Assembly: GCA_963724765.1 (NCBI GenBank)
Contig: CAVRVY010000002.1
Span: 480,001-544,000 of the forward strand
Source of the DNA: an uncultured delta proteobacterium
GTDB lineage: Bacteria > Desulfobacterota > Binatia > Binatales > Binataceae
Length of the DNA: 64,000 nt
Direction of reading: 5' to 3'
Below are positions 21,608 through 31,019 of the stretch, piece by piece (the stretch's first letter is position 1; every line of letters starts with the position of its first letter). A program made the translations under genes and the position numbers. The notes beneath the pieces were generated by a model that was given only the letters and a program-made list of their open reading frames with translations, was not told where the DNA came from and made no database searches.

Positions 21608-21684
21608 TGGCGCCCCCTGCGGGATTCGAACCCACGGCCCCAGGATTAGGAATCCTGTGCTCTATCCATCTGAGCTAAGGGGGC
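21608..21684 (-). tRNA. tRNA-Arg(CCT)
   Basis: GCCCCCT/AGGGGGC acceptor stem, TAGCTCAG..GGATAGAGC D arm, CAGGA-TTCCTAA-TCCTG anticodon arm, GTTCGAATC, encoded CCA. Confidence 0.97.
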
Positions 21685-21697
21685 GCGCCAATATTTC

Positions 21698-22960
21698 TTA
21701 TGTTTTCAAGGCATTTAGCGGCTTTATCGATTTGAGCCGACCCGCCTGACGTGATTTAGTGCCCACTTTTTGCCCACTTTTTTCGGGATTCGGGAGGAAC
21801 CCCTGCGCGAAGCGGTCGGCCGCGCCCGTATCGGAATCCTTGAACCAGTGTGAATAGACCTTCAGCGTTACTGCCGGGTTCGAATGACCAAGGCGATGCT
21901 GCACCTCGGTGATCGGTGCGCCAGACGCTATCAGCCCGCTCGCATACGAGTGCCGCAACGTCTTGATGTTGGCGTCCCTGAGCCCCGCGCGCCGCAGCGC
22001 GGGATATAAACCCTGGCGCAAGACATTCGAGCGATGCAGGGGTTGACCATCGAGGCGACAAAACACCAGATCGTGTTCCGACCTCGGGCTCTGCAGCTTC
22101 CAAACCTTCAAGGCGGCAATCAGCCCCGCCGGCAGAGGCATCGTGCGATATCCTGAGCGCGTTTTGGGTTCGTAGAACTTCGGGCGCACACGGCCCTCTT
22201 CATCGGTCTTGCGTGCCCACGACAGCGAACGCCTCACAAAAAGCCGACCGTCGTCGAGTTGGATATCGGTCCACTTCAGCGCGTAAGCCTCCTCGGGTCG
22301 CAGCCCTGTGGCCGCGACCGTCGCGAACAACGTACGGTGAAGGCCCGGCTCGGCATGATCGAGCAATCTTCTGATCTCCTCGGCGGTCAGTACCTCGTCT
22401 GGTCTCACGGCCCGCAATCCTTGACCGCTCTCCGGACGGTCCGCGTCCGTAGTTACTTCTGCAACCTCCCTACGTGGCCTCTCCGCGATTGCTGCCGGGT
22501 TCGTTGCGGTGTAGCCGCGCCGGATCGCAAGCTTAAACACCGCGGCACATGTCGTCAGAACCGCGCTCACGGTCTTGGCGCCTAGTTTCGTGCACAGCTC
22601 GTCGCGGACGCTCTCGATCAGCGCAACGTCGATCCGATCGAGCCGTAGGTTGTCGAGCTTCGCCAGGTGGCGCAGGTGAACACGCCAGCCTCCAAGCGTC
22701 GCGGGATGGCGATTCGATTTCTCGCGCATCCACTCTTCGCCGACCTTCGCAAAAGTTGGAATCCTCGCGGGATCGACGTACTCGCCGCGGGCGGCCTTGA
22801 CGGCCGTGGTGGCGAGGTATTTTTCAGCGGCTTTCTTCGTCGGGAACTCAATCCGCTTCCGTGGTCCCGTCAGTCCTTGCGGCCGATAGTCGAGCCGCCA
22901 GGTGCAATCGCAATCGCCGCCCATGCATGCGGGCTTGTGATACCGCTTGATCAAAGCCAT
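21698..22960 (-). CDS. int: Tyrosine recombinase/integrase
   Basis: TGLRPEE (R), TLRHSYAS, LGHSN..TLKVYSH (H, Y); stop 14 bp from the tRNA. Confidence 0.95.
   Translation of the reverse strand: MALIKRYHKPACMGGDCDCTWRLDYRPQGLTGPRKRIEFPTKKAAEKYLATTAVKAARGEYVDPARIPTFAKVGEEWMREKSNRHPATLGGWRVHLRHLAKLDNLRLDRIDVALIESVRDELCTKLGAKTVSAVLTTCAAVFKLAIRRGYTATNPAAIAERPRREVAEVTTDADRPESGQGLRAVRPDEVLTAEEIRRLLDHAEPGLHRTLFATVAATGLRPEEAYALKWTDIQLDDGRLFVRRSLSWARKTDEEGRVRPKFYEPKTRSGYRTMPLPAGLIAALKVWKLQSPRSEHDLVFCRLDGQPLHRSNVLRQGLYPALRRAGLRDANIKTLRHSYASGLIASGAPITEVQHRLGHSNPAVTLKVYSHWFKDSDTGAADRFAQGFLPNPEKSGQKVGTKSRQAGRLKSIKPLNALKT
21760..21781. repeat. Tandem TGCCCACTTTT x2, probable integrase arm-type sites
   Basis: 11-bp direct repeat about 75 bp from the tRNA boundary. 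Confidence 0.65.
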
Positions 22961-22969
22961 GGCGTTACT

Positions 22970-23161
22970 TCACCTCTTCCCAGTCCGCGACCGTTTCTCG
23001 GCGGCAATTTTTTGCAGGAGTCTGGCGGTGGGTTCGGAGATCGCCATTTCGCCGCGCTCCCAGCGGGCCACGGTGTTCGAGGTTACTCCTATGGCCTCGG
23101 CCAAGGCCACCTGAGTCCAGCCGAGTTTTTCTCTGAGCACACGAATTTCCACACCGCTCAT
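22970..23161 (-). CDS. Small XRE-family HTH regulator
   Basis: LREKLGWTQVALAEAIGVTSNTVARWERG. Confidence 0.88.
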   Translation of the reverse strand: MSGVEIRVLREKLGWTQVALAEAIGVTSNTVARWERGEMAISEPTARLLQKIAAEKRSRTGKR

Positions 23162-23197
23162 CACTATACGCAACGTATAGCAAGGCCGGTGGAAAAG

Positions 23198-23602
23198 TCA
23201 AGCGGCTTGGCTGGCGCGCGCGGTCAGAAAGCGTTGCACTTCTTCAATTTTAAAACGGACATAGTGACCGAGTTTGATAGAAGGCAGATTGCCCATCCGG
23301 GCCTGTTCCCTGACCCACGATTGCGGGACTCCAAAGAGCTTGGCGAGATCAGGGGCGCTCAGAAGGGCGCTGCCAAGGCTCTTGCTGTCGCTGTAGGCGA
23401 TGCGCTCGCTCAGCATCAGGGCGAGCAGCGCACCTTCGAGGGTCTTGAGCGCTGCGACGCGCCCGGCAAGCTGGGTCAAGAGCTGGGGCACGGACTCGAG
23501 AACAATTCCCCTTGTCAGCGAGGGATCGGCCAGAAGCTCCTCGATAGTTACGGGCGATAGCGATGCCCGCGGCGTGGGACGATGCGGTGCTTGATACGAC
23601 AT
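23198..23602 (-). CDS. Excisionase-like protein (C-terminal HTH_17-type domain)
   Basis: LLSAPDLAKLFGVPQSWVREQARMGNLPSIKLGHYVRF; GGAG RBS before ATG 23602. Confidence 0.8.
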   Translation of the reverse strand: MSYQAPHRPTPRASLSPVTIEELLADPSLTRGIVLESVPQLLTQLAGRVAALKTLEGALLALMLSERIAYSDSKSLGSALLSAPDLAKLFGVPQSWVREQARMGNLPSIKLGHYVRFKIEEVQRFLTARASQAA

Positions 23603-23663
23603 GAATACTCCGACAGCACAAGCGTTCCACACCTCCACAACAGACTCATCCACTGAATCATTG

Positions 23664-23679
23664 AGCAACCGCGATGCCG
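23664..23679 (-). promoter_or_regulatory. Sigma54 -24/-12 promoter upstream of xis-HTH-int
   Basis: Minus strand CGGCATCGCGGTTGCT = GG-N10-GC with TTGCT, about 60 bp before the xis ATG. Confidence 0.65.
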
Positions 23680-23783
23680 TTCTTCGACGCGCCCTGCGAG
23701 ACACGGAGTTAGGCTCACGCGGTTTTGATTCGCCTCTTGCGCGAGAGGATTTGGCGATCAGACGGCGGAAAGGCCGGTGTGCA

Positions 23784-23872
23784 TGTACAAGTTCTGCACA
23801 GGGAGCCGAAATCCCATGGAATTGGTTAAAGAATTCGCCTCCTCGGCCGATCCCGTATGCAAATCTTGCACA
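23784..23872. promoter_or_regulatory. Two related 17-bp imperfect palindromes, candidate bEBP enhancer sites
   Basis: TGTACAAGTTCTGCACA (23784-23800) and TATGCAAATCTTGCACA (23856-23872). Confidence 0.5.
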
Positions 23873-24159
23873 TTTTGATTCACCCGATCTCGTCCGCCCT
23901 CAGAGCGGTTTGGACAAGCGCCTAGCGCAGCTACACGAGGATCGGAACGCGACGTTGGTCAAGGCTGGACGTGGTACAGACTTGTTTCGCTCTCAATTGC
24001 ATGAAGTTTCATCAATTTCATTCGTCTAACTTTAATAAGCCGTCAGATGAGAGAAACAAATTGTCATGACCTTATCAAGTTATCAATAGATTCACTAGTG
24101 CGATCATGGCCGTCGTGCGGGAGGGGTGATGGAGAGTCAGAAAGGTTCGCGAGCGAACC

Positions 24160-25134
24160 ATGCTAGTAGGCCGGTCGCCAGCGGCACGTCGGCTTATCAG
24201 CCTGATCGAACAAGTCGCCGCTACGACTGCTCCTGTCCTCATCACGGGTGAGACCGGTACCGGCAAGGAACTTGCCGCGAAATCCATCCACACGCGTTCC
24301 GCGCGCCGTGTCCGGCCATTTGTTGCGATCAATTGCGCCGCTGTACCGGAGAGCCTGGTCGAAAGCGAATTATTCGGGCATGAGCGTGGCTCGTTCACCG
24401 GGGCTCATCAGCAACAAGCAGGGTGTTTCGAGCGCGCAAATGGCGGCACGCTGCTGCTCGACGAGATAACGGAGATGCGGCCTGAGATGCAGGCCAAGCT
24501 GCTCCGGGTGTTGGAAGAGAAGGAGATCAGGCGTCTGGGCGGGGGCCGGGAGATTCCAGTCGATGTGCGGGTCCTGGCGGCGTCCAACCGTCAGCCTCAG
24601 CGCGCCATCCGCGAGGGCCGGCTTCGCCAAGACTTGTACTTCCGGCTGTGCGTGGTTTCGATCGAGCTTCCGCCGCTGCGCGAACGGATTGAGGATGTGC
24701 CGTTATTGGCTGCGGAGTTCCTCCGACAGTTCAATCGGGAACACCGCAAGGCGGTTCAGGGAATAGATGAGGATTGCTTCGTCTCGCTCAAGGCCTACTC
24801 GTGGCCGGGCAATATTCGTGAGTTGCGCAACGCTATCGAGCGCGCGGTCATCTTGTGCCGCTCGTCGATGCTTTCCTCTGGTGATTTGCCGATTGATCTG
24901 GCCGACCAAGCTGCGATGGGGCGCGACCCGGATTTCACGATTCGGCTTGGCGCGTCGCTGAAAGAGGTCGAGGCCGAACTGATTTTCCGGACATTGGCAT
25001 CCGTCGGCGGAAACAAGACCCGCGCGGCCCGCATTCTCGGCGTCGCACGGCGTAGCCTTTACAACCTGCTCGAACGCCACGAAGGATACGCAGCGACCGG
25101 CGGTCCGAATGATAAGCGTACTCGCAATAGTTGA
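24160..25134 (+). CDS. Sigma54-dependent activator (AAA+ and Fis-HTH) with no sensory domain
   Basis: GETGTGKE, GSFTGA, LLLDEI, WPGNIREL, GNKTRAARILG. Confidence 0.92.
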   Translation: MLVGRSPAARRLISLIEQVAATTAPVLITGETGTGKELAAKSIHTRSARRVRPFVAINCAAVPESLVESELFGHERGSFTGAHQQQAGCFERANGGTLLLDEITEMRPEMQAKLLRVLEEKEIRRLGGGREIPVDVRVLAASNRQPQRAIREGRLRQDLYFRLCVVSIELPPLRERIEDVPLLAAEFLRQFNREHRKAVQGIDEDCFVSLKAYSWPGNIRELRNAIERAVILCRSSMLSSGDLPIDLADQAAMGRDPDFTIRLGASLKEVEAELIFRTLASVGGNKTRAARILGVARRSLYNLLERHEGYAATGGPNDKRTRNS

Positions 25135-25805
25135 AATAGCGTTCGAATCGACGACCTGCTGATTACGAAACTCTTCTCTACCGCGAAGATGGTGACAGAA
25201 GGTGACGCAGCGATTTTCGCGTGACCAAGAAATGCCTGTCAGACAGGGACATTCAGTGACAACCGCTGATTTTGAATCATCATCGAGGCCCAGGAAGCGC
25301 GCCATATCGGATTTTCCGCCAATGCAGGCATCGCCAGTGCCGTATCATGACCAGTCCTCAGGTCCTCGCGCAGCGTTCTCGCCAGATACTTGAGAATGTC
25401 CAGAAATCCGCGAGCCGCCGCAGTAAGCACCGCTTCGGTGACGACGCGTAGTGGCGCGGCGAAGGTCCGCCGCAGTCGCCCGGTATCGCAGTCAAGAACC
25501 TCTTTAACTCGCGCGAGCTTTCTGGATCGGACCGCGCGGATGAACCTGCCGACCGCCGCTTTCGACAGATCGGGCGCCAGAGGGCCACCATTCTATCGCG
25601 GTCCGCGCGTTGTTCACCAAGTAAAAAGATGATCGGGGCAAGCATAACCATGCCCCACTCGCTTCATCGTGCGCCGCGACAGCCCGTTCGGCTGAAGATC
25701 CTCGGCGCTTCGTGGCGGCGAGGCGATTTTGTCCTTGAACCATCCGAGAACCTTGCCCATGTGTAGCCTATAAGTTACAATCAACGAGGTTCGCAGGTAT
25801 CAATA

Positions 25806-26399
25806 ATGGCTATCATCAAGATCAATCCAATCAGGATCGAGGGGCGATGGCGCTCCGGCATCGCGCTGGATCTGCACACAACGAGCAGCACGCCGATCGG
25901 ACCTAACGAATTTGGACATATGCAGTTTGACACGGTGCGGCCAGCGATCGCTGAACTGCTTTATCGATTGAAAAACCGGGCCGACCGCGAGGCGGCGGTG
26001 CCAATAATTGAGACGGCGGCGAGCTTCTTGTCGGACCAGCGCGACAAATTCGACGCCATCGTGCCAGTGCCTCCGTCACACCACCGAACCGTACAGCCGG
26101 TTATCATTCTCGCTGATGGAATCGGAAAAGCGCTGAGCGTTCCAGTTCTCTCGTGCATTAGGACGACTCGACCGACATCGCAGTTGAAGGACATCACTGA
26201 ACCTGAGGAGCGGAAGAAGCATGTCGAAGGGCTCTATGAAGTGGACGTAGAGCAAACGCGCGGACTAAAGCTCCTTCTTTTCGATGACCTTTTCCGTTCT
26301 GGAACGACCATGAATGCGATCACGGATATACTGCTCAATCCGGGCAAAGCGAGGGTCGTCCGTGCCCTGACCATCACCAAGACACGGAGCAAGCAATGA
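25806..26399 (+). CDS. ComF-like phosphoribosyltransferase
   Basis: LLYRLKN, IVPVPPS, LLFDDLFRSGTT PRPP-binding loop. Confidence 0.85.
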   Translation: MAIIKINPIRIEGRWRSGIALDLHTTSSTPIGPNEFGHMQFDTVRPAIAELLYRLKNRADREAAVPIIETAASFLSDQRDKFDAIVPVPPSHHRTVQPVIILADGIGKALSVPVLSCIRTTRPTSQLKDITEPEERKKHVEGLYEVDVEQTRGLKLLLFDDLFRSGTTMNAITDILLNPGKARVVRALTITKTRSKQ

Positions 26400-27337
26400 A
26401 CACGATTTTTATTGGTGGCTCGCGGCACGTCTCTCGTTTGCCGGCAGAGGTGAAAAGACGTCTGGACAATGTAGTTACCAGCGGTCACCAAGTCATTGTC
26501 GGTGACGCAAACGGGGCCGACAAAGCCGTGCAAAAGCATCTTCTGGATAAGCGTTACGATAAGGTCGTCGTCTTCTGCACGGGCGATACCCCAAGAAACA
26601 ATTTAGGAACCTGGCGCACGCATCATGTTGATATACCCAAAAATACTAAGGGATTTCATTTCTACGCGGCTAAGGACCGCGAGATGGCGCGTGAAGCTGA
26701 TTTTGGATTGATGATCTGGGATGGCAAAAGCCCCGGCACGGTTCTTAACGTGATGCGCCTCGCAATCGCCGGAAAGATTGCCGTTCTTTTCAACGTGCCT
26801 GAGAAAAACGTCGTCAACATCAAGACATTGGACAGTTGGAAGAACTTCATCTCCCATTGTAGCCGAGATGTCCAAATGGAGATAAAGCAGCGGGCCACTC
26901 CTGAGGAATGGCGGCTCGCCGAATCCAATAATCAAGCGAGCTTTTTGCCGTCGCTTGATGAGGCGGGCGCTGCACTTAAGAGCGCGCCCCAGCGAGAGTC
27001 CTCCTCGGAACCCCTGAACTCAAGTGCGTTGGAGGAGGTTGTCAAAGTACTGAACCGTGCGTTAGCTCACGGTGATGCAACCGCGATAATGAACCAACTT
27101 GGCATCATTGCGCGCGAACGTGGGATGAGTCACGTCGCGCGCGAAACTGGTCTTGCGCGTGAAAGCCTTTATCGGTCTCTCGACGCAAAAGGGAATCCCG
27201 AATTCGGCACGGTCTTAAAAGTGCTCGCATCCATAGGCCTGCGGCTTGAGGCTAAATCGGAAAGCCTTCCGACCGCACCCGACCAAGACCAGTCGTCCCT
27301 TGGAATGCCCGGAAGAGGAAAGCCGGGAATTGCATGA
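26396..27337 (+). CDS. SLOG/DprA-like domain fused to an addiction-module antidote HTH
   Basis: IFIGGSR..VGDANGAD..KDREMA..IWDGKSPGT; C-term GMSHVARETGLARESLYRSL..GNPEFGT; ATGA overlap with the PRTase. Confidence 0.8.
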   Translation: MNTIFIGGSRHVSRLPAEVKRRLDNVVTSGHQVIVGDANGADKAVQKHLLDKRYDKVVVFCTGDTPRNNLGTWRTHHVDIPKNTKGFHFYAAKDREMAREADFGLMIWDGKSPGTVLNVMRLAIAGKIAVLFNVPEKNVVNIKTLDSWKNFISHCSRDVQMEIKQRATPEEWRLAESNNQASFLPSLDEAGAALKSAPQRESSSEPLNSSALEEVVKVLNRALAHGDATAIMNQLGIIARERGMSHVARETGLARESLYRSLDAKGNPEFGTVLKVLASIGLRLEAKSESLPTAPDQDQSSLGMPGRGKPGIA

Positions 27338-27436
27338 CGGATTGGGGACAATAAAAGGCCGATCTGTTCTGATCTTGCAGGGAGACCGGTTCATATCGGC
27401 GCTAACCTACTCACAACCGCGAGTCCGATCGAGAAA

Positions 27437-28789
27437 ATGGAAACCGCGCAAACCAACACACCTGACTCTCACGACGTGACGTTGCGGTCTTTATTGAAGC
27501 TACGGAATGGTTCGAAGAATATTCTGCAGAATCGCGAGAATTCGCAGCTGGAATTCAAGGAAACGTTCAATCTTGGCAGCCTTGCGAAATATGGCCGTAC
27601 GATGGCGGCTTTCGCCAACAACAGGGGTGGCTACATCGTCTTCGGCGTTGAGCCCTCTCCCCATCGCCTGAAAGGTGTGAACAAAACCAAGTTCGAGGAG
27701 TGTGACCCCGCGCAAGTAACGCAGTTCCTGAACGCTCACTTCGGCCCCGAGATCATCTGGGAAATGGAAACCGTCGAATTCTTCGGGACATCGCTCGGCT
27801 ACATTTACATTTCTGAGGCAGATGAAAAGCCGGTCGTCGCCATATCAAACGCGGCAGATATCAGAAGCGGAGAAGTTTATTTTCGGTACAAAGGTCAGAC
27901 TTCGACCATTCGATACCCAGAGCTCAGAGCAATTATTGACGCTCGAATTACGCGTGAGCGACAGGCGTGGCTTCAGCACCTCCGTACGATTGAGCGGGTT
28001 GGTCCCCGAAATGTCGGCATCCTCGACACCATCCATGGAAAGCTTTATGGGGCCGGGACTCCGTTTTTGATAGATGAGAAGCTGCTACGGCAGCTTAAAT
28101 TCATTCGGCGTGGTCAGTTTTCCGACGGCGAGGGGGCGCCGGCCCTGCGCGTGCTTGGAGATGTGCAATCGATCAAGGGTATCGAGAAAGAAAAGCCCGT
28201 GCCGACCGGTATCCACGCTGACGATTTGATAACGGCATTTTTGGCGCAACGGCCTTTGGACGAATCGGAGGCTCGAAGCTATCTGAGGGAGGCCACGTAT
28301 CAGAACACGCCGTACCTGCCGATCCATTACCTCGTCAATCTTTCCGGGTTGTCTCAATCGGAGGCCCAGGGCCTTATCAAGACAAGCCAGTCGTCGCTGA
28401 CGGGCCAAAAGAAAAATCTCACTGAAAGAATTGCGCGAGATCAGGCCGTGAAGCTAATGGGTACCGTACAATCCGCTCCCAATATCTTGACCTCCACGGA
28501 ATTTGAAAGGTCATTCGAGCAAGCTAAGACCGTCAAAGAACGGCGTTCTCTTCTTGTTGCGACAATGCTGCGAAGCCCGAGGTTGTTGCAAGAATTTGTA
28601 CCCAGCCTGCCGCTCGGGCTGTTATCCGAAGCCGTAACCCACCTCAATACGTCGGATCTTCGAAAGCTTAAGGGAGACCTCCTCGAACTTCTCCTGAGCG
28701 CTTTCGCGAACCGCTTTCAGGACGCGTCGAGTTCGGAAAGATCAGCTTTCAGGAAGGCCGTGGCCTTCTGCGACGAAAAGCTGAATTGA
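27437..28789 (+). CDS. AlbA_2/Schlafen-domain protein with unknown C-terminus
   Basis: RENSQLEFKE..MAAFANNRGGYIVFGV. Confidence 0.85.
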   Translation: METAQTNTPDSHDVTLRSLLKLRNGSKNILQNRENSQLEFKETFNLGSLAKYGRTMAAFANNRGGYIVFGVEPSPHRLKGVNKTKFEECDPAQVTQFLNAHFGPEIIWEMETVEFFGTSLGYIYISEADEKPVVAISNAADIRSGEVYFRYKGQTSTIRYPELRAIIDARITRERQAWLQHLRTIERVGPRNVGILDTIHGKLYGAGTPFLIDEKLLRQLKFIRRGQFSDGEGAPALRVLGDVQSIKGIEKEKPVPTGIHADDLITAFLAQRPLDESEARSYLREATYQNTPYLPIHYLVNLSGLSQSEAQGLIKTSQSSLTGQKKNLTERIARDQAVKLMGTVQSAPNILTSTEFERSFEQAKTVKERRSLLVATMLRSPRLLQEFVPSLPLGLLSEAVTHLNTSDLRKLKGDLLELLLSAFANRFQDASSSERSAFRKAVAFCDEKLN

Positions 28790-29009
28790 TGCCGTTCGGT
28801 CGCGTTTACCGATGTTGCCGCGATATGCTGCAACGCTTGGGAAATGGCGCCCGAGCGGGATTCGGAAAAGAGATCATCTAAAATGCGGTAAAATGCGGCT
28901 CGCACGGTTTCTGCTGCCGCAGGATTCCGTTGAAGAACTTTTGCCCGCGTCGGTTCGGCGAGAGGCGCGGCGCCCGAACGTATTGCGCGAGCGCCGCGCG
29001 GCTTCATTC

Positions 29010-29891
29010 CTAAGAGAGCCGACCGAGGATGTAATCGGCGGCGCGCTGCGCATGGGCGGCAGCATGGATCATAAGCTTGCGGTCAGCACGAAGCCGGTTT
29101 AACCAGCCAGAGACGTATGCGGCTTGGTTCTGGATGACCGCGTTTGAGATTCCGGCTTCGGCACAGAGGAATGCGGCTCCCAATTCCGCGCACAGTTCTT
29201 CTTTCGAGTAGACGGCGGAACCGAACGGGGCGGCTTCGCAAACCCCTTCTCGCGCAAGGCGTTTCTCACTTCCAGAACTATGGACGCTCTCATGCATCGC
29301 AGTGGCGTAAAATTCCTCGGCGCTGGTGAAAAGTTCACGCGGCGGCAGGGTGATGCGATCGGTAATCGGACTATAGAAAGCTTTGGAGCCTGCGTACTGA
29401 ATCTCGGGCGGGTTGGGCATGCCGGCGATGATCCGCTCGGCCGCTTCGATCGGATCGTGCTTGTGCGTCTCGACCTTCGGCAGCTTGTCGAGCACTGCCT
29501 GCGGCAGTTCGCATTGTTCGAGGTTGAACAGGCGATAATATCTGAGCAGGAACCGGCGGCGCGTCTTCCCGCCGGTCTCCTCGTTGTCGAGGTCTTCCGT
29601 GCTCTGCTTGGCATCGTCAACCTTCCAGAACACGACAACCGTGCTCTCCTCGCCTTTGCGGATGTGTCCGCCAAGTTCGTTCGCCTGGCGCATCGTCAGC
29701 CAATACGGTGAAACGTATTTGGATGCCGAGAGCAGAAAGTGGTTGATGCCGCGATATGGCTTCTTGCTCACAAGGTTGCGCGGTAGTCCGGTTGAGGTCC
29801 ACGGCCTGCGCCACGGTACCACGCCGCTTTCAAGCAGATTGATGATCTTTTCGGTCACGATTGCGTAGATGTCCATTTCCGTAGTCTCCAA
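29010..29891 (-). CDS. ardC: Antirestriction protein ArdC
   Basis: VPWRRPW, YRGIN, W.T.RQA..LGG.IRKGE, HESVHS, YSKEELCAELGA. Confidence 0.93.
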   Translation of the reverse strand: METTEMDIYAIVTEKIINLLESGVVPWRRPWTSTGLPRNLVSKKPYRGINHFLLSASKYVSPYWLTMRQANELGGHIRKGEESTVVVFWKVDDAKQSTEDLDNEETGGKTRRRFLLRYYRLFNLEQCELPQAVLDKLPKVETHKHDPIEAAERIIAGMPNPPEIQYAGSKAFYSPITDRITLPPRELFTSAEEFYATAMHESVHSSGSEKRLAREGVCEAAPFGSAVYSKEELCAELGAAFLCAEAGISNAVIQNQAAYVSGWLNRLRADRKLMIHAAAHAQRAADYILGRLS

Positions 29892-29950
29892 TTGTGATTT
29901 GGATGGTTGCGGGAGAACCGCTTGCGCGGCTCTCCCGTGGTGGGTTGGAA

Positions 29951-30346
29951 CTAAAAGGGGATGTCGTCGGAAGCTTCAGCCTTGGACGTGTTCCCGTTCG
30001 AGCCGTTGCCGAGCAGGCGGAGTTGTCGCGCGACGATTTCGGTCCGGTAGCGCTTGCCGCTGCCGTCCTTGGCTTCGTACTGGCGGGTAGTGAGCCGACC
30101 TTCGACGTAAACTTGCCGGCCTTTGCCCAGGAACCGCTCGCAGGTGTCGGCCAGCCGTCCGAACGCGACGATCCGGTGCCAATCGGTGCGCTCCTGCTTC
30201 GCGCCGTTGCGGTCCGTAAACCGCTCTGTGGTGGCCAACGAGAAATTCGCCACGTTCTGCCCGGACGGCAGGGCACGAACCTCGGGGTTAGCTCCCAGAT
30301 TGCCGATCACGATCACCTTGTTGATTGCCATAGCCATAACCTCCAT
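29951..30346 (-). CDS. ssb: Single-stranded DNA-binding protein
   Basis: NKVIVIGNLG..WHRIV..KGRQVYVEGRL; C-terminal DDIPF. Confidence 0.96.
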   Translation of the reverse strand: MEVMAMAINKVIVIGNLGANPEVRALPSGQNVANFSLATTERFTDRNGAKQERTDWHRIVAFGRLADTCERFLGKGRQVYVEGRLTTRQYEAKDGSGKRYRTEIVARQLRLLGNGSNGNTSKAEASDDIPF

Positions 30347-31019
30347 TGGTTTTGTTGCGCCCGCTTCCCGTCATCGGGCAGGGCGTGCTGCGCTTTGTTT
30401 TCATCACCGCGCAATTTTTTTCCGCGCGGCCCTCTCCAACTGGACAGGAGGGCCGTGCGCAGATTTCCAGATGCGCGAGCGGAGCGGGCGGCAGGACGTG
30501 ACAGAGCGAAGCGGCCCGAAGGGCTGGCGCGTCGTGCTTGTATGGTGTCCACTGCCGATGCTGCTGCTCGCTCATAGTGAAAGAGGAACTGAACATTTTT
30601 TCCCTCGACCTTGTATGTGTTGAAGAACCAACTTTTCCCCTCGCGCCCTCACTTGATAATGGGTGCGAGGGAAAAGTTGATTGGGGACGTGGGGGTGGAT
30701 GTGCGGCTAAAAAATCTGAGATGCGCTGCCGCGACGATCTGCGGAGGCGGGCCAGGATTCTTTTCCTGGCCAACGACGCCGATCGTGGCGAGCCAACCAA
30801 TGAATGAGATCGGCTAAGATGCGAAAAAAGTTTCCCGAAGAGGTGTCGCCGCCGGCCGTGCTGAAGGGTAATTCCTTGTGCGCTAGATTGGCGCCCTCGT
30901 CCGGGGCTCAGGGCTCGAACGGTATCCAGAGGCGCAAGCGGCGTCCTCGAATGGACAAGCAAGAGCGTGAGTTCCGGCTCCGAGGCTCGGGGAACCAAGT
31001 CGTGGAAGGAGGAAGGTTG

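Noticed and set aside
21608-21640. Second att copy of the tRNA within the window
   Set aside because: I found no duplicate of either tRNA end by eye; the other boundary probably lies outside the window
21543-21749. 68-aa ORF
   Set aside because: Overlaps the tRNA-Arg gene in antisense
25328-25343. Minus-strand GG-N10-GC motif CGGCACTGGCGATGC
   Set aside because: Lacks TTGC and points antisense into the bEBP gene; likely chance
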